A stretch of 64,000 bases of DNA, from positions 68,362-132,361 of the forward strand of contig JACKIE010000003.1 in the NCBI GenBank assembly GCA_020638635.1, given 5' to 3'. A program made the translations under genes and the position numbers. This DNA is from Planctomycetota bacterium (GTDB lineage: Bacteria > Planctomycetota > UBA8742 > UBA2392). The stretch's first letter is position 1; each line of letters opens with the position of its first letter. The notes beneath the pieces were generated by a model. It ran no database searches. It saw only the letters and a list, made by a program, of their open reading frames with translations, and was not told the origin of the DNA. This document shows positions 38,707 to 47,609 of this stretch, piece by piece.

Positions 38707-39192
38707 CTATCCCTGCTCAGGTAGCGTGCTGTTGTAGATTGCTGACACATCGCGCGGGTCAAGTTTCTCAACGCTGACCGGCGCACTGACTGCCTCGGCT
38801 TCGGTGGGATCGTAAACCTGCATGTGATCCCCCGCGCCGCTGATCACCACTTCAGATTTCAAGCTGGCGTAACCCACATGACTCTTGGGAAGCAGGACGC
38901 GGCCCTGTTTGTCGAGCTCGACCTGCTCCACCATGGCCAGGAATTGCTGGCGCTTGCGCTGGGTTTCCCCCGGCAAACCTGTTTCGCCGGTCAGTGCCTC
39001 GATCCGGCGTTCGCCGCTTTCCTGGTCGAAGATGTCAAGGTGCCGGAAGTCCGCGCCGATCATCACGTACAGCAGAACCTTGCCATCACTGCTCACCGGC
39101 AACTTCGAACGGAACTTGGCCGGGATTGTGATGCGGTTCTTCGCGTCCATCGAAGTAGTGGCGAGACCGAAATATCTGGGCAGACCCGCCAT
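38707..39192 (-). CDS. mraZ: Transcriptional regulator MraZ
   Basis: Two SpoVT/AbrB-like repeats: TSMDAKNRITIPAKFRSKL and ELDKQGRVLLPKSHV. Confidence 0.9.
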   Translation of the reverse strand: MAGLPRYFGLATTSMDAKNRITIPAKFRSKLPVSSDGKVLLYVMIGADFRHLDIFDQESGERRIEALTGETGLPGETQRKRQQFLAMVEQVELDKQGRVLLPKSHVGYASLKSEVVISGAGDHMQVYDPTEAEAVSAPVSVEKLDPRDVSAIYNSTLPEQG

Positions 39193-39202
39193 TTCCCCTC
39201 CG

Positions 39203-39232
39203 ACCCAAGGGAAGATAACCCACTTTTACCCA
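39203..39232 (-). promoter_or_regulatory. Candidate MraZ operator: three TGGGT direct repeats just upstream of mraZ
   Basis: ACCCA occurs on the plus strand at 39203-07, 39218-22 and 39228-32 (gene-strand TGGGT). The last two are part of AAGTGGGT with 10-bp spacing. Confidence 0.35.
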
Positions 39233-39517
39233 CTTGTCCAACTCGATCAGGGATTTTTTCCTAAATCTTTTGATATATGGGCTTACAGTGTCGCGTCGCA
39301 ACACGTGCGGTGTTTCAGCAATCCTATGCACTATATATTGGGTGGTTTTGTCCGGATAACGCTTCTAGTCGCGTGATCAATCATACTTTTTTGGCGACTT
39401 TATGGACCATCTCCAACTCACAATCTCCACCTTCACCCACCTGAGCCTTTCCAAAACCGCCCCTTTCCCCCACTCCGCTTTCCCCGCACAATCGCCCCAT
39501 CACCGAAAGGAACTCTC

Positions 39518-40465
39518 GTGCCCCATTTCGCCGATCGCCTGGAAGCCGCCATACAGGCCAAGGGAGCGCCCATCTGCGCTGGCCTTGACCCGCGACCCGA
39601 CTGGGTGCCGCAATCCTTCTTCGATGCCGCCATCAACGCCCACGGCCGTACGCCGCAGGCCGTGCGGGCCGCCGTGCGGGCCTTCTGCCTGGAAGTGCTG
39701 GAGGTGGTGGCGCCGTTCGTGCCCGCAGTGAAGCCCCAGGCCGCGTTCTTCGAGGCTTTGGGTGCCGGCGGCTGGGACGATTTCTTCGCGATCTGCGCCA
39801 GGGCCCGCGAGCTGGGCCTGCTGGTGATCGCCGACGTCAAGCGCGGCGACATCGGCAGCACCGCGGAGGCCTACGCGCAGGCACTGTTCGGGCGACACGA
39901 GATCAAGGGCATCATGATCGAGTCCGCCCACGTGGACTGCGCGACCATCAACCCGTACCTCGGCAGCGACAGCGTGGTGCCGTTCATAGAGCGCGCCAGG
40001 CTGAACGGCGCGGGGTTGTACGTGCTCGCGCGCACCAGCAACCCGGGCAGCGCCGAGTTTCAGCAGCTGCACCTGAAGCCCGAGGGCACTCTGGTTGACG
40101 AGGTCGCCCGGCGCATCGACGCCTGGGGCAGCGAAAGCATCGGCGAGTGCGGCTACAGCGACATCGGCGCCGTGGTAGGCGCCACCCACATCGACGCCGC
40201 GCACCACCTGCGCAAGTTGATGCCGCGCACGCCGTTCCTGGTACCGGGCTGGGGCGCGCAGGGCGGCCACGTGGCCGCCGTGCGGGCCTGTTTCGACGAA
40301 CAAGGCAAGGGCGCAATCGTGAACTCAAGCCGCGGCGTGATGCACGCCTACGCTGCAGGCCCGCTGAAGGACTACGGCGAGACCCACTGGCGAGAGGCCG
40401 TGGAGCAGGCCGTGAAAACCTTCCGCGAAGAGATTGCGCAACTTGCGGCTGAACCCGAGGCATAG
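39518..40465 (+). CDS. pyrF: Orotidine 5'-phosphate decarboxylase (long/type 2)
   Basis: ICAGLDPR, VKPQAAFFE, ADVKRGDIGSTAEAYA. GTG start. Confidence 0.9.
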   Translation: MPHFADRLEAAIQAKGAPICAGLDPRPDWVPQSFFDAAINAHGRTPQAVRAAVRAFCLEVLEVVAPFVPAVKPQAAFFEALGAGGWDDFFAICARARELGLLVIADVKRGDIGSTAEAYAQALFGRHEIKGIMIESAHVDCATINPYLGSDSVVPFIERARLNGAGLYVLARTSNPGSAEFQQLHLKPEGTLVDEVARRIDAWGSESIGECGYSDIGAVVGATHIDAAHHLRKLMPRTPFLVPGWGAQGGHVAAVRACFDEQGKGAIVNSSRGVMHAYAAGPLKDYGETHWREAVEQAVKTFREEIAQLAAEPEA

Positions 40466-40556
40466 CCGGCCGTTACTAAGGAAGGGCCCGGGGTTGTCTC
40501 CAGGTGATGATTTGGGCAGACTTGGCGCCTACCTCATCCAGAACAGGAAAACAGGC

Positions 40557-41633
40557 ATGCGGATTTACCGGCATTTCATTGCTTTGGCGCTGACGGGCCT
40601 GCTGCTGGGCGGCGCGCTGCAGGCGGACAGAGTCACCTACATCAGCGGGTCAGGCACGAAGACAGAGGTCAAGCTGGACGACAACGTGACCGTGACGGGC
40701 TGGACGGCCGCGAAAGTCGAGTACGAGAACGCCGAGAAGAAGAAGTCATCGGTCGCATACAAAGACATCATCGCTGTGGACCGCCAGGGCGGCACGATGG
40801 GCGCTGAGCTTGCGGGGGCACTGGAGCTCGTGGGCTCGGATCCGCGGGCAGCGATCGCCGGGCTGGCAGCTGTGGCGACCAGCGGCAGCGCACTGGACAA
40901 GGAAGAGGCGGCGTACCTGCGCGCGCAACTACTGGACAGCGAGAGCGCCGGCGACCGGTCGCTGGCAGCGGAGGCCGTGAAAGCTTACGACGCCTACATC
41001 AAGTCCTACAAGGCTGGTTTCTTTGCCCGTGAAGCCTATCGCGGCCTGGCCAACCTGCAGAAGCCGGATGCCGCCCGCACCACGCTGAAGAACATGGTAC
41101 GCGCTGACAGCAGCCTTGAGCGGCTGGGCAACCAGCTGTTAGGCGAGCTGGAAGCCGGTGCTGCCAAGTGGGCCGATGCGATCTCCGCGTTCAAGGCCGC
41201 GCAGACCGCCGCCAGAAACGAGAAAGACCTGAACGCCGAATTCCTGGCGATCGCCTGGGAAGGCCTTGCGACGCTGCGGAACGGCAACGCCGCGGGAGCC
41301 AAGACGCTGCTGGAGTCGGTTACTGAGGACTCCAGGCTGGACGATCCCAACACGAACACCGATGAAGTCGCGCTCAGCGTGGCGTTCCGCGCGCTGGGCG
41401 ACGCCCACTTTGAGGGTGACAATTTCCAGAAGGGCTATGACGCATACATCAAGGGCGCCTATTACGCCTGGTGGACCGCCGGCTCCACAGAGGGGCACTG
41501 CCTGGGTCGCGCGTACGTGTGCGCCAAGAAGCTCGAAGGCACGGACGCCAAGTGGAAGAAACGCCGCGACAAGCTGCGCACCGCGCTCGCGCTGGGCTTC
41601 CCGCGCGTGCTGTCTGAGGTCGAAAAGGAATAG
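40557..41633 (+). CDS. Secreted alpha-helical (TPR-like) hypothetical protein
   Basis: Signal peptide MRIYRHFIALALTGLLLGGALQA. The C-terminal two-thirds is helical-repeat-like. Confidence 0.5.
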   Translation: MRIYRHFIALALTGLLLGGALQADRVTYISGSGTKTEVKLDDNVTVTGWTAAKVEYENAEKKKSSVAYKDIIAVDRQGGTMGAELAGALELVGSDPRAAIAGLAAVATSGSALDKEEAAYLRAQLLDSESAGDRSLAAEAVKAYDAYIKSYKAGFFAREAYRGLANLQKPDAARTTLKNMVRADSSLERLGNQLLGELEAGAAKWADAISAFKAAQTAARNEKDLNAEFLAIAWEGLATLRNGNAAGAKTLLESVTEDSRLDDPNTNTDEVALSVAFRALGDAHFEGDNFQKGYDAYIKGAYYAWWTAGSTEGHCLGRAYVCAKKLEGTDAKWKKRRDKLRTALALGFPRVLSEVEKE

Positions 41634-41647
41634 CGCTGACGCAAAGT

Positions 41648-41685
41648 AAACGAGGGACGCCGGCAGGCGTCCCTCGTTTGTTTTG
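41648..41685. terminator. Bidirectional rho-independent terminator between convergent genes
   Basis: AAACGAGGGACGCC-ggca-GGCGTCCCTCGTTT followed by GTTTT. An A-run precedes it on the other side. Confidence 0.75.
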
Positions 41686-41693
41686 ATCACAGG

Positions 41694-42653
41694 CTACTTC
41701 ATTTCCAGCTGGATGGCCTCGAGCACCGTCTCGCCCGTCTTGGTCTTGATCACCTTCTTCAGCATCGCGCCGTCGGACACCCACTCCGTGACTTCCCGGC
41801 CGTCAGCGTTCGTCTTGTACACGTCGCAGACGTACTCGCCGGCGCCTACGGTGAGCTTCACGCCTTTTTCGCTGGGCTTGCCGTAATCTTTGTCCCAGGC
41901 TTCCTTGGTCAGCTCGGACTCGCTGGATTTGGCCTTGGCGTCCGGCGTACCTTCCTTGTCGCAAACCACCACGGTGAGCTTGGCCGATGTCTCCGCGGCA
42001 TCGGACACCGTGCGGCGTTGGTAGGTTTCATCGCGGCCGGTGCCGCTGAGTTTGACAACCAGATAGTTGCCGCTGTTCGCGTAGAAGCGCGGCATCTGAG
42101 AAACCACTTCCTTGACCGGGTCCGCCTTGACCTCGGTGCCGCCCTCTTTGAAGAAGCCGCACAACCATACGATGTCGCGACCATTGGTGACGGTCTTGAC
42201 GACGCCGCCGCAAGGTACGTCCTTGCAGAAGTAGATTGCGCTGGAAGCTTCGCCGATGGTCCATTCGGCCACGTCGCACTTCAAGGGCACGCCGGAAAGC
42301 TCGAGGTCCTGCACGCTCCAGGCGATCACGACGTCCTTGCCGTAGGGCAGCTTGCTCTGCAGCTTGATCGACTCCCACGACTTGGTGAGTTCCTTCTCGC
42401 TGGTCAATTCACCCTTGGCGTAGGTCGCGTGCTTGTAGGTGACCTTTTTGCCGTCAACCTTCACGGCCTCGTAGCGGACCTTGATACCACCCTCCATGGC
42501 ATACTCGGCCCAGTCGCCCTTCTTCACCGTCGCCCAGGTGTTCCAACCGCTTTTCCAGTCGCCCTCCTTGGGCTCCGCCTGGACCGGCGCCTGCTGCCAT
42601 GCCAGCAACGCCAGCACGAAGCAAAGCGTCGCGGCTCGTGTAAGGTGATGCAT
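41694..42653 (-). CDS. Secreted protein, paralog family member P4 (two copies of the repeated domain)
   Basis: Signal peptide ...LALLAWQQAPVQA and RBS GAGGAGGAGG. Domain motifs: FYANSGNY..., VGAGEYVCDV..., C-terminal LEAIQLEMK. Confidence 0.65.
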   Translation of the reverse strand: MHHLTRAATLCFVLALLAWQQAPVQAEPKEGDWKSGWNTWATVKKGDWAEYAMEGGIKVRYEAVKVDGKKVTYKHATYAKGELTSEKELTKSWESIKLQSKLPYGKDVVIAWSVQDLELSGVPLKCDVAEWTIGEASSAIYFCKDVPCGGVVKTVTNGRDIVWLCGFFKEGGTEVKADPVKEVVSQMPRFYANSGNYLVVKLSGTGRDETYQRRTVSDAAETSAKLTVVVCDKEGTPDAKAKSSESELTKEAWDKDYGKPSEKGVKLTVGAGEYVCDVYKTNADGREVTEWVSDGAMLKKVIKTKTGETVLEAIQLEMK

Positions 42654-42713
42654 GCCTCCTCCTCAGTAGAGTGCTTTGGCCCGCCTCAGTGTAGCCGCCG
42701 GCGTCCCGGAAGC

Positions 42714-44024
42714 CTACTCCATCTTGAGCTCGATCAGCTCGATTGTGTGCGATCCCGCGCCACCCGTGCCGGTCTCTTGCGACTTGGCGAGGATGGTGAT
42801 GCCGTTCCAGCTCCAGCTTTCCGTGCCGTCTTCCGCCACTGTGCGGACCGCCGGGTAGCTGCCGGCCTCGGTGGACACCACCTGTTCCTGCTCGCCGGAA
42901 TAGGGGCGGGCCGCTTCTTCCGTGGGGAAGGCGTGTTTCAACGTCTCGGTCGAGACGGGTTTGCCTTCCGCGCTGGTGATGGTGACGCTGTAGCCTGCCT
43001 CGGTCTCGCTGACCTCGGTGACTTCAACACGCGTGGTTTCGCCCTTTGCGCCGCGGGTGACGTAATAGTTGCCCTTGGTGCGGTAGAAGGCGTGCTCGTC
43101 GTGGCCGATGTCGAACTCGATCAGCTCGGATTCGATGCTCTCCATCTTCGAGGCGACCTGCAGCCCGGGCCAATGCACGCTAGTCCATGACTCCACACCG
43201 CCGAGCTTGATCCGGTAGCAGAGGAACTCGCCGGCCGGGCAGGTTTTCAGCTCCATTTCCGGCTGGGAAGCGTAGCTTTCGTCCTCGTAGACGGCCTTGG
43301 GAAACTCCATCTCCTGGTCGTCGCTGAACATCACATTGCCCTTGTCGTCCAGCACCGACAGGGTGTAGGTGACGCCGTCTTCCCGCACCTGCTTGACTTC
43401 GAACTGGGTGGTGCTGTCCGACATCATGCCGGCCATGTCGTAGCTGTTGCGCAGCTTCCAGCGCCGGCCTTGCTTGCGGTACAGCAGCCAGGGATCGGCG
43501 GGAGCATCGAGGAACGCCGTCAACTTGCGGACCGTCACGCTTTTTTTGTCGATGATCACCTGCTTGACGGCCAGGGGGTGATACTCGACGCTGACCCATG
43601 TGGTTTCCTGCCGGTCGTCCGTGTTGGACACCAGCTTCTTACAGCGGAACTTGCGGAAGCCCATGTCCAGCTCGACCTCGGGCAGCTGCTTGCCGGCCCA
43701 GCGCTTGTCGTTCTCGCTGGGCTCGGACAGGTTCACCGTCCTTGCGCTGCCGCCGGACCTGCTGCCGTCGGTGCTGCGCCAGTTGCTGGCGACCTCGGCC
43801 GTTCCGCCTTCGACGTTCTTCACCTTCCAGTCGTGGCGCGTGACCAGGGGGTCGCTGCCGCGAATCCAGAGGATTTCCTTGAGGCTCCAGCTGCGGCCTT
43901 CCAGGGCGTACAGGTTCAGCAGCTTCACGTCAGGATCGGGGCCGGTGTTGGGCTGTTCGTCCTGGGCCAGGGACAACGGGCCGATCAGCAGCAACAGGCA
44001 GAGCGCAAGGCCGAGGCGTTTCAT
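42714..44024 (-). CDS. Secreted protein, paralog family member P3 (three copies of the repeated domain)
   Basis: ATG 44024 (GGAGA RBS) gives MKRLGLALCLLLLIGPLSLAQ. Motifs: LYRKQGRRW, CPAGEFLCYR, SELIEFD, FYRTKGNYY, C-terminal IELIELKME. Confidence 0.65.
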   Translation of the reverse strand: MKRLGLALCLLLLIGPLSLAQDEQPNTGPDPDVKLLNLYALEGRSWSLKEILWIRGSDPLVTRHDWKVKNVEGGTAEVASNWRSTDGSRSGGSARTVNLSEPSENDKRWAGKQLPEVELDMGFRKFRCKKLVSNTDDRQETTWVSVEYHPLAVKQVIIDKKSVTVRKLTAFLDAPADPWLLYRKQGRRWKLRNSYDMAGMMSDSTTQFEVKQVREDGVTYTLSVLDDKGNVMFSDDQEMEFPKAVYEDESYASQPEMELKTCPAGEFLCYRIKLGGVESWTSVHWPGLQVASKMESIESELIEFDIGHDEHAFYRTKGNYYVTRGAKGETTRVEVTEVSETEAGYSVTITSAEGKPVSTETLKHAFPTEEAARPYSGEQEQVVSTEAGSYPAVRTVAEDGTESWSWNGITILAKSQETGTGGAGSHTIELIELKME

Positions 44025-44097
44025 GGCATCTCCAGAAGAGAAGCAGCCGGCAGTGTAGCTAAAGAAGCGTGCAAACTCTGCAATGCAAACCAAATCA

Positions 44098-44121
44098 AAC
44101 GGGCGCCCGCAGGCGCCCGTT
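44098..44121 (-). terminator. Hairpin terminator after paralog P2
   Basis: AACGGGCGCC-cgca-GGCGCCCGTT, with a T-rich run following on the minus strand. Nearly identical to the hairpin at 45141-45166. Confidence 0.65.
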
Positions 44122-44141
44122 GTGCGAATTCGGGAGTCAAC

Positions 44142-45032
44142 TCATTCGTTGAACTCAATCAGTTCCATCGACTCGCCCTTCACGACGATTCCGATGTACT
44201 TCTTCATCATCCAGGTCTTGCCGTCGTCGTAGCTGATACAGTCGAACTTGCCGGCCTTGCACTCGATGTTCTTCTCGATGGGCTTGGGTGCGTCTTTCGG
44301 CGCTTCGGGCATGTCTTCAGGTTTGGTGAACTTCAGCGGTGTTATGATCGGCTCCGTCAACGCGTTTCCGTTCATGAACACCTGGGTCTCCATGTCGCAG
44401 CCGTCTTCGGTGACGTTCTTGACGCTGGTCTTCATGGTCATGCCGCCGGCCAATTCGTGGGTCCAGTTGCGACCTTCCTTGCGCCAGGTGGCCCAGGGGT
44501 CGGTGTCGCCGGCTTCGTCCTTCTTGTCGTCCTTCTTGTCGGCCTCGGTGGACGTGTCCTCGATCTTCAGGTCCTTGTGGGCTTCCTTCAGGGCGTCCAA
44601 GGTGTCATACCAGGTGACCTTGGAGTCGCCTGAAGCCCACTTGAACTCCATGACAGCGAAACCGTCGCCGCCAGCCGTGTCTTCCGCGATCAATACCGCA
44701 TTGTCAGCGTCCACGACGTAGACCTTGTCGTGAAGTTTGCAGTACTTGCCCTTCAGGTCGTCCGCTTCAGCGTCACAGCCGGACTCGCGGTTGCCGCCGG
44801 TCAAGGTTTTAGGCGCGGAACCGGTCTTGGCATACGCGACGCGAGCGTAGTTCCGCAGACTGTGCAGCAACTTTTCGCCTTCCGCCCGTCGCACCTCCTG
44901 GCTCGCGGCCGGCTTGACGTCTTCCTTTTCGACCTTGGGAGTTTCTTTTTCCTGGGCCAGCGGCGAGGGCGCCGCGAACAGCACCAGCAGAGCCGCAGCC
45001 AGCACGGCCGCGCACATGTTTCTGATGTTCAT
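44142..45032 (-). CDS. Secreted protein, paralog family member P2
   Basis: ATG 45032 (AAGGAGA RBS) gives MNIRNMCAAVLAAALLVLFAAPSPLAQ. Motifs: TWRKEGRNW, CKAGKFDCIS, C-terminal MELIEFNE. The track extension to 45185 covers a terminator. Confidence 0.65.
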   Translation of the reverse strand: MNIRNMCAAVLAAALLVLFAAPSPLAQEKETPKVEKEDVKPAASQEVRRAEGEKLLHSLRNYARVAYAKTGSAPKTLTGGNRESGCDAEADDLKGKYCKLHDKVYVVDADNAVLIAEDTAGGDGFAVMEFKWASGDSKVTWYDTLDALKEAHKDLKIEDTSTEADKKDDKKDEAGDTDPWATWRKEGRNWTHELAGGMTMKTSVKNVTEDGCDMETQVFMNGNALTEPIITPLKFTKPEDMPEAPKDAPKPIEKNIECKAGKFDCISYDDGKTWMMKKYIGIVVKGESMELIEFNE

Positions 45033-45140
45033 GGTATCTCCTTGGAGGAAAGACTGGTTATGATCGCTCCTCGGAGACGGATTAGACAGCGCCGGCAGGC
45101 CTGTGTCCACAATCTCATCCGGTCCAACAAGCCCAAAACA

Positions 45141-45166
45141 AAACGGGCGCCCGAAGGCGCCCGTTT
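45141..45166 (-). terminator. Hairpin terminator after paralog P1
   Basis: AAACGGGCGCC-cgaa-GGCGCCCGTTT followed on the minus strand by TGTTTTGGG. Confidence 0.65.
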
Positions 45167-45184
45167 GCGTTGAAACAGCATTCA

Positions 45185-45778
45185 CTACTCAGCCTTGTAC
45201 TCGACAAGTTCGGAAGTCATGTCGGCCGCGCCGGTCGTGACGGACTTGACGGGCAGGCCGGGGTACTTCTTGGAGCTCCAGCTCTTGGTCTTCGAGCCAG
45301 CGGCTTCAGTCTCCATGACGATGCACTCAAATTCGCCCGCTTCAACCTTGATGGTTTCTTCGGTGGTGGTGACCTTCGGAGCTTCGCCGCCAGTGTCGGC
45401 GACCGGCTTCGGCCACTCGACCAACGGCATTTCCTGCGAGAAGGTCTCCTTCTTGTCCTTGTCGTAGCTGGTGCTCTTGGCAACGTAACCCTTGTCATCT
45501 GACTTGACGATTTCGAACTTGCTGTACGTGACCATGTCGTTGCCCGCGACCTTCATGGTGCTCTTGGTCATGTAGTAGTTGCCGGCCTTGCGGTAGAAGG
45601 CCATGGCGTCCGCTGCTGCCTCGCCGCCGCCGCAGCCGCCGCCGGCGCATGCGCCTGCGTTGCCGCTGCCCGCGTTACCCTTGCCGGCGTTGCCGCCAGC
45701 CGCGTTGTTGCCACCGCCACAGGCCACCGCCAGAACGGCGATCAGGCTCAGAAGGCTGAACAGAATGCTCTTACGCAT
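45185..45778 (-). CDS. Lipoprotein, paralog family member P1 (one copy of the repeated domain after a Gly/Asn/Ala linker)
   Basis: Lipobox LAVAC. Motifs: FYRKAGNYY, VEAGEFECIV, WSSKKYPGLPVK, C-terminal SELVEYKAE. Confidence 0.65.
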   Translation of the reverse strand: MRKSILFSLLSLIAVLAVACGGGNNAAGGNAGKGNAGSGNAGACAGGGCGGGEAAADAMAFYRKAGNYYMTKSTMKVAGNDMVTYSKFEIVKSDDKGYVAKSTSYDKDKKETFSQEMPLVEWPKPVADTGGEAPKVTTTEETIKVEAGEFECIVMETEAAGSKTKSWSSKKYPGLPVKSVTTGAADMTSELVEYKAE

Positions 45779-45974
45779 GTATCTCTCCCTGGTTTATGGA
45801 TTACGTTGCTTGAACTGCCTGAATCCGTGGCTTGCGAACAAGCACAAGATATGCCATATCTAATCGCACTGTCATGGAGCCCCATTTCAAGGGCTTCAAG
45901 GGCTTCATCCGGGGTTGCCAAAACGTTAAACTGTCAAGTATCTTGGCCCCGTGTAAGAAAAGTTGACACTCGCC

Positions 45975-46214
45975 ATGCCCATCTACGAATACCGACACAC
46001 CCACAAAACCGGCGAAACCTGCGAAGAGACCTTCGAAATCTTCCAGAAAATGGCCGACGACGCCCTCACCACATGCCCTGTCTGCGGCCATCCCGTCGAG
46101 AAGATCCTCTCGCGCTTCTCGGGCGGTGCGGATAAGCTGGCACCAAGCCGGCTCAAAGAGCTCGGCTTCAGCAAGTGGGTGCGGCGCGACAAGGGCACCT
46201 ACGAGCGCGAATAA
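45975..46214 (+). CDS. FmdB-family zinc-ribbon-like small protein (variant first knuckle)
   Basis: MPIYEYRHTHKTGETCEETFEIFQKMADDALTTCPVCGHPVEKILS. The family signature MPxYEY...CPxCG is present, but the first CxxC is replaced by H-T-H...C. Confidence 0.65.
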   Translation: MPIYEYRHTHKTGETCEETFEIFQKMADDALTTCPVCGHPVEKILSRFSGGADKLAPSRLKELGFSKWVRRDKGTYERE

Positions 46215-46241
46215 CCCCGAATTTCCCCCTCAGAGCACGCA

Positions 46242-47483
46242 ATGAAGTTCACACGCTGGACGATCCTCGCCCTGACCGCCCTGTGCCTCGCCGCCTGCGG
46301 CCCGCAGGACGAAGAAGAGAAGCCCGTCAAACCCATCAACGTCACCCCGGGTGTCGCGCTGGAAGAGCCTTCGTTACCCACCGCCCCGGCCGTTGACCCT
46401 GCTGTTGCCTATGACGGCACCCGCACGCACCTGGTGTACAGCCAGTACGACGGGGTGGGCCAGTACGACCTGCTGTACACGAACCGCCTGGGCGCGGGCA
46501 GCTTCACGGCCCCGGCGCCGATCTTCCCCGCCTCGACGGGCGACAGCCGCAACGCCCATGTGTTCCTGGACACGGCGGGCACCCTGCACATGGTGTGGCA
46601 GGAGGGCACCTCGCCGAATCGCGAGATCTACTACGCCACGCGCACGGCGGGCGGCGTGCTTTCCACACCCACCAACCTGACCAACACCAGCGAGGACGAA
46701 GCCAACCCGCGCATCCACGTGGACGGCACCGGCCGCATCCATGTGGTGTGGGAGGGCTCAACCCCGCCGCCCAACCCCACCACGGCGATCTTCTACCGAC
46801 GCACCCAGGGGGCGATTTTCCTGGCGGCCACCATCCTGCCCAAGGCGGCCGGCAACCAGCCCGCCGAGATGCCGGACCTGTGCACGGACGCGGGCGACCG
46901 CATCTACGTGGTGTGGGCGGAAAGCGACGGCAGCAGCCGCAACATCCGTATGGTGCGCAGCGACGACAACGGCGCCAACTTCGGCGGCGTGGGCAGCGGT
47001 TTTGCGGCTTCCGGCAGCGTGGACATGACCACGCCCCGGGTGCAGGGAGGCCTTGATGGCGAGGTGTTTCTTACTTTTGTGGGACAGGCCGTTAACGGCG
47101 ACCGCGCCCTGTTTGCCTCGTTTACCCGTACCGGCGGCACCTTCGCGTCTCCGGGCCAGCTGGTCTCCAGCCAGACCGGCGGCATCCGTGACCCGGAGAT
47201 TGCGGCCTTCAAACGGCCTGACGGGAACTACACGGTGATGATCGTGTGCCAGGATGGTCCCGTCGGGGGTGGCGCGGTGTTACTGCGCACAAGCCACGAC
47301 AATGCGGAAAACTGGCCCGGCGACCCTATTGACCTTAGCCAGGGGAACTCCCAGCCTTCGACCAACGTCACGCCTGTGCTCGCGCTGGACGACAACCAGG
47401 TGATCGTGAGCTGGGCGGCGCAACCGCAGGGAGGCGGCGTAGTACGCACCTGGACCAGTACCAGCGATTACACTCTGCCCTGA
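46242..47483 (+). CDS. Lipoprotein with a sialidase/BNR-like beta-propeller
   Basis: Lipobox LAAC. Repeated blades with xHxVWxE (LHMVWQEG, IHVVWEGS, IYVVWAES). Asp-box-like RSDDNGANF and TSHDNAENW. Confidence 0.6.
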   Translation: MKFTRWTILALTALCLAACGPQDEEEKPVKPINVTPGVALEEPSLPTAPAVDPAVAYDGTRTHLVYSQYDGVGQYDLLYTNRLGAGSFTAPAPIFPASTGDSRNAHVFLDTAGTLHMVWQEGTSPNREIYYATRTAGGVLSTPTNLTNTSEDEANPRIHVDGTGRIHVVWEGSTPPPNPTTAIFYRRTQGAIFLAATILPKAAGNQPAEMPDLCTDAGDRIYVVWAESDGSSRNIRMVRSDDNGANFGGVGSGFAASGSVDMTTPRVQGGLDGEVFLTFVGQAVNGDRALFASFTRTGGTFASPGQLVSSQTGGIRDPEIAAFKRPDGNYTVMIVCQDGPVGGGAVLLRTSHDNAENWPGDPIDLSQGNSQPSTNVTPVLALDDNQVIVSWAAQPQGGGVVRTWTSTSDYTLP

Positions 47484-47609
47484 TCAAAAAGTACGCCCCA
47501 CAACGTTCCCTCCATTGACATGACGGCCGCAAACCCTATCGTTTTCTGCCCTTGAGAGTTCGCTGCCTCGTCACATTCCGTGGCGGGGCGTCGTTTATTG
47601 GAGTCATGA

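Noticed and set aside
45033-45185. N-terminal extension of the 44142..45185 ORF
   Set aside because: It spans the terminator hairpin at 45141-45166. ATG 45032 has a strong AAGGAGA RBS and yields a signal peptide. For the same reasons I trimmed mraY (32043-32285), the P3 paralog (44025-44093), aroA (51653-51787) and the four-helix-bundle ORF (53717-53812).
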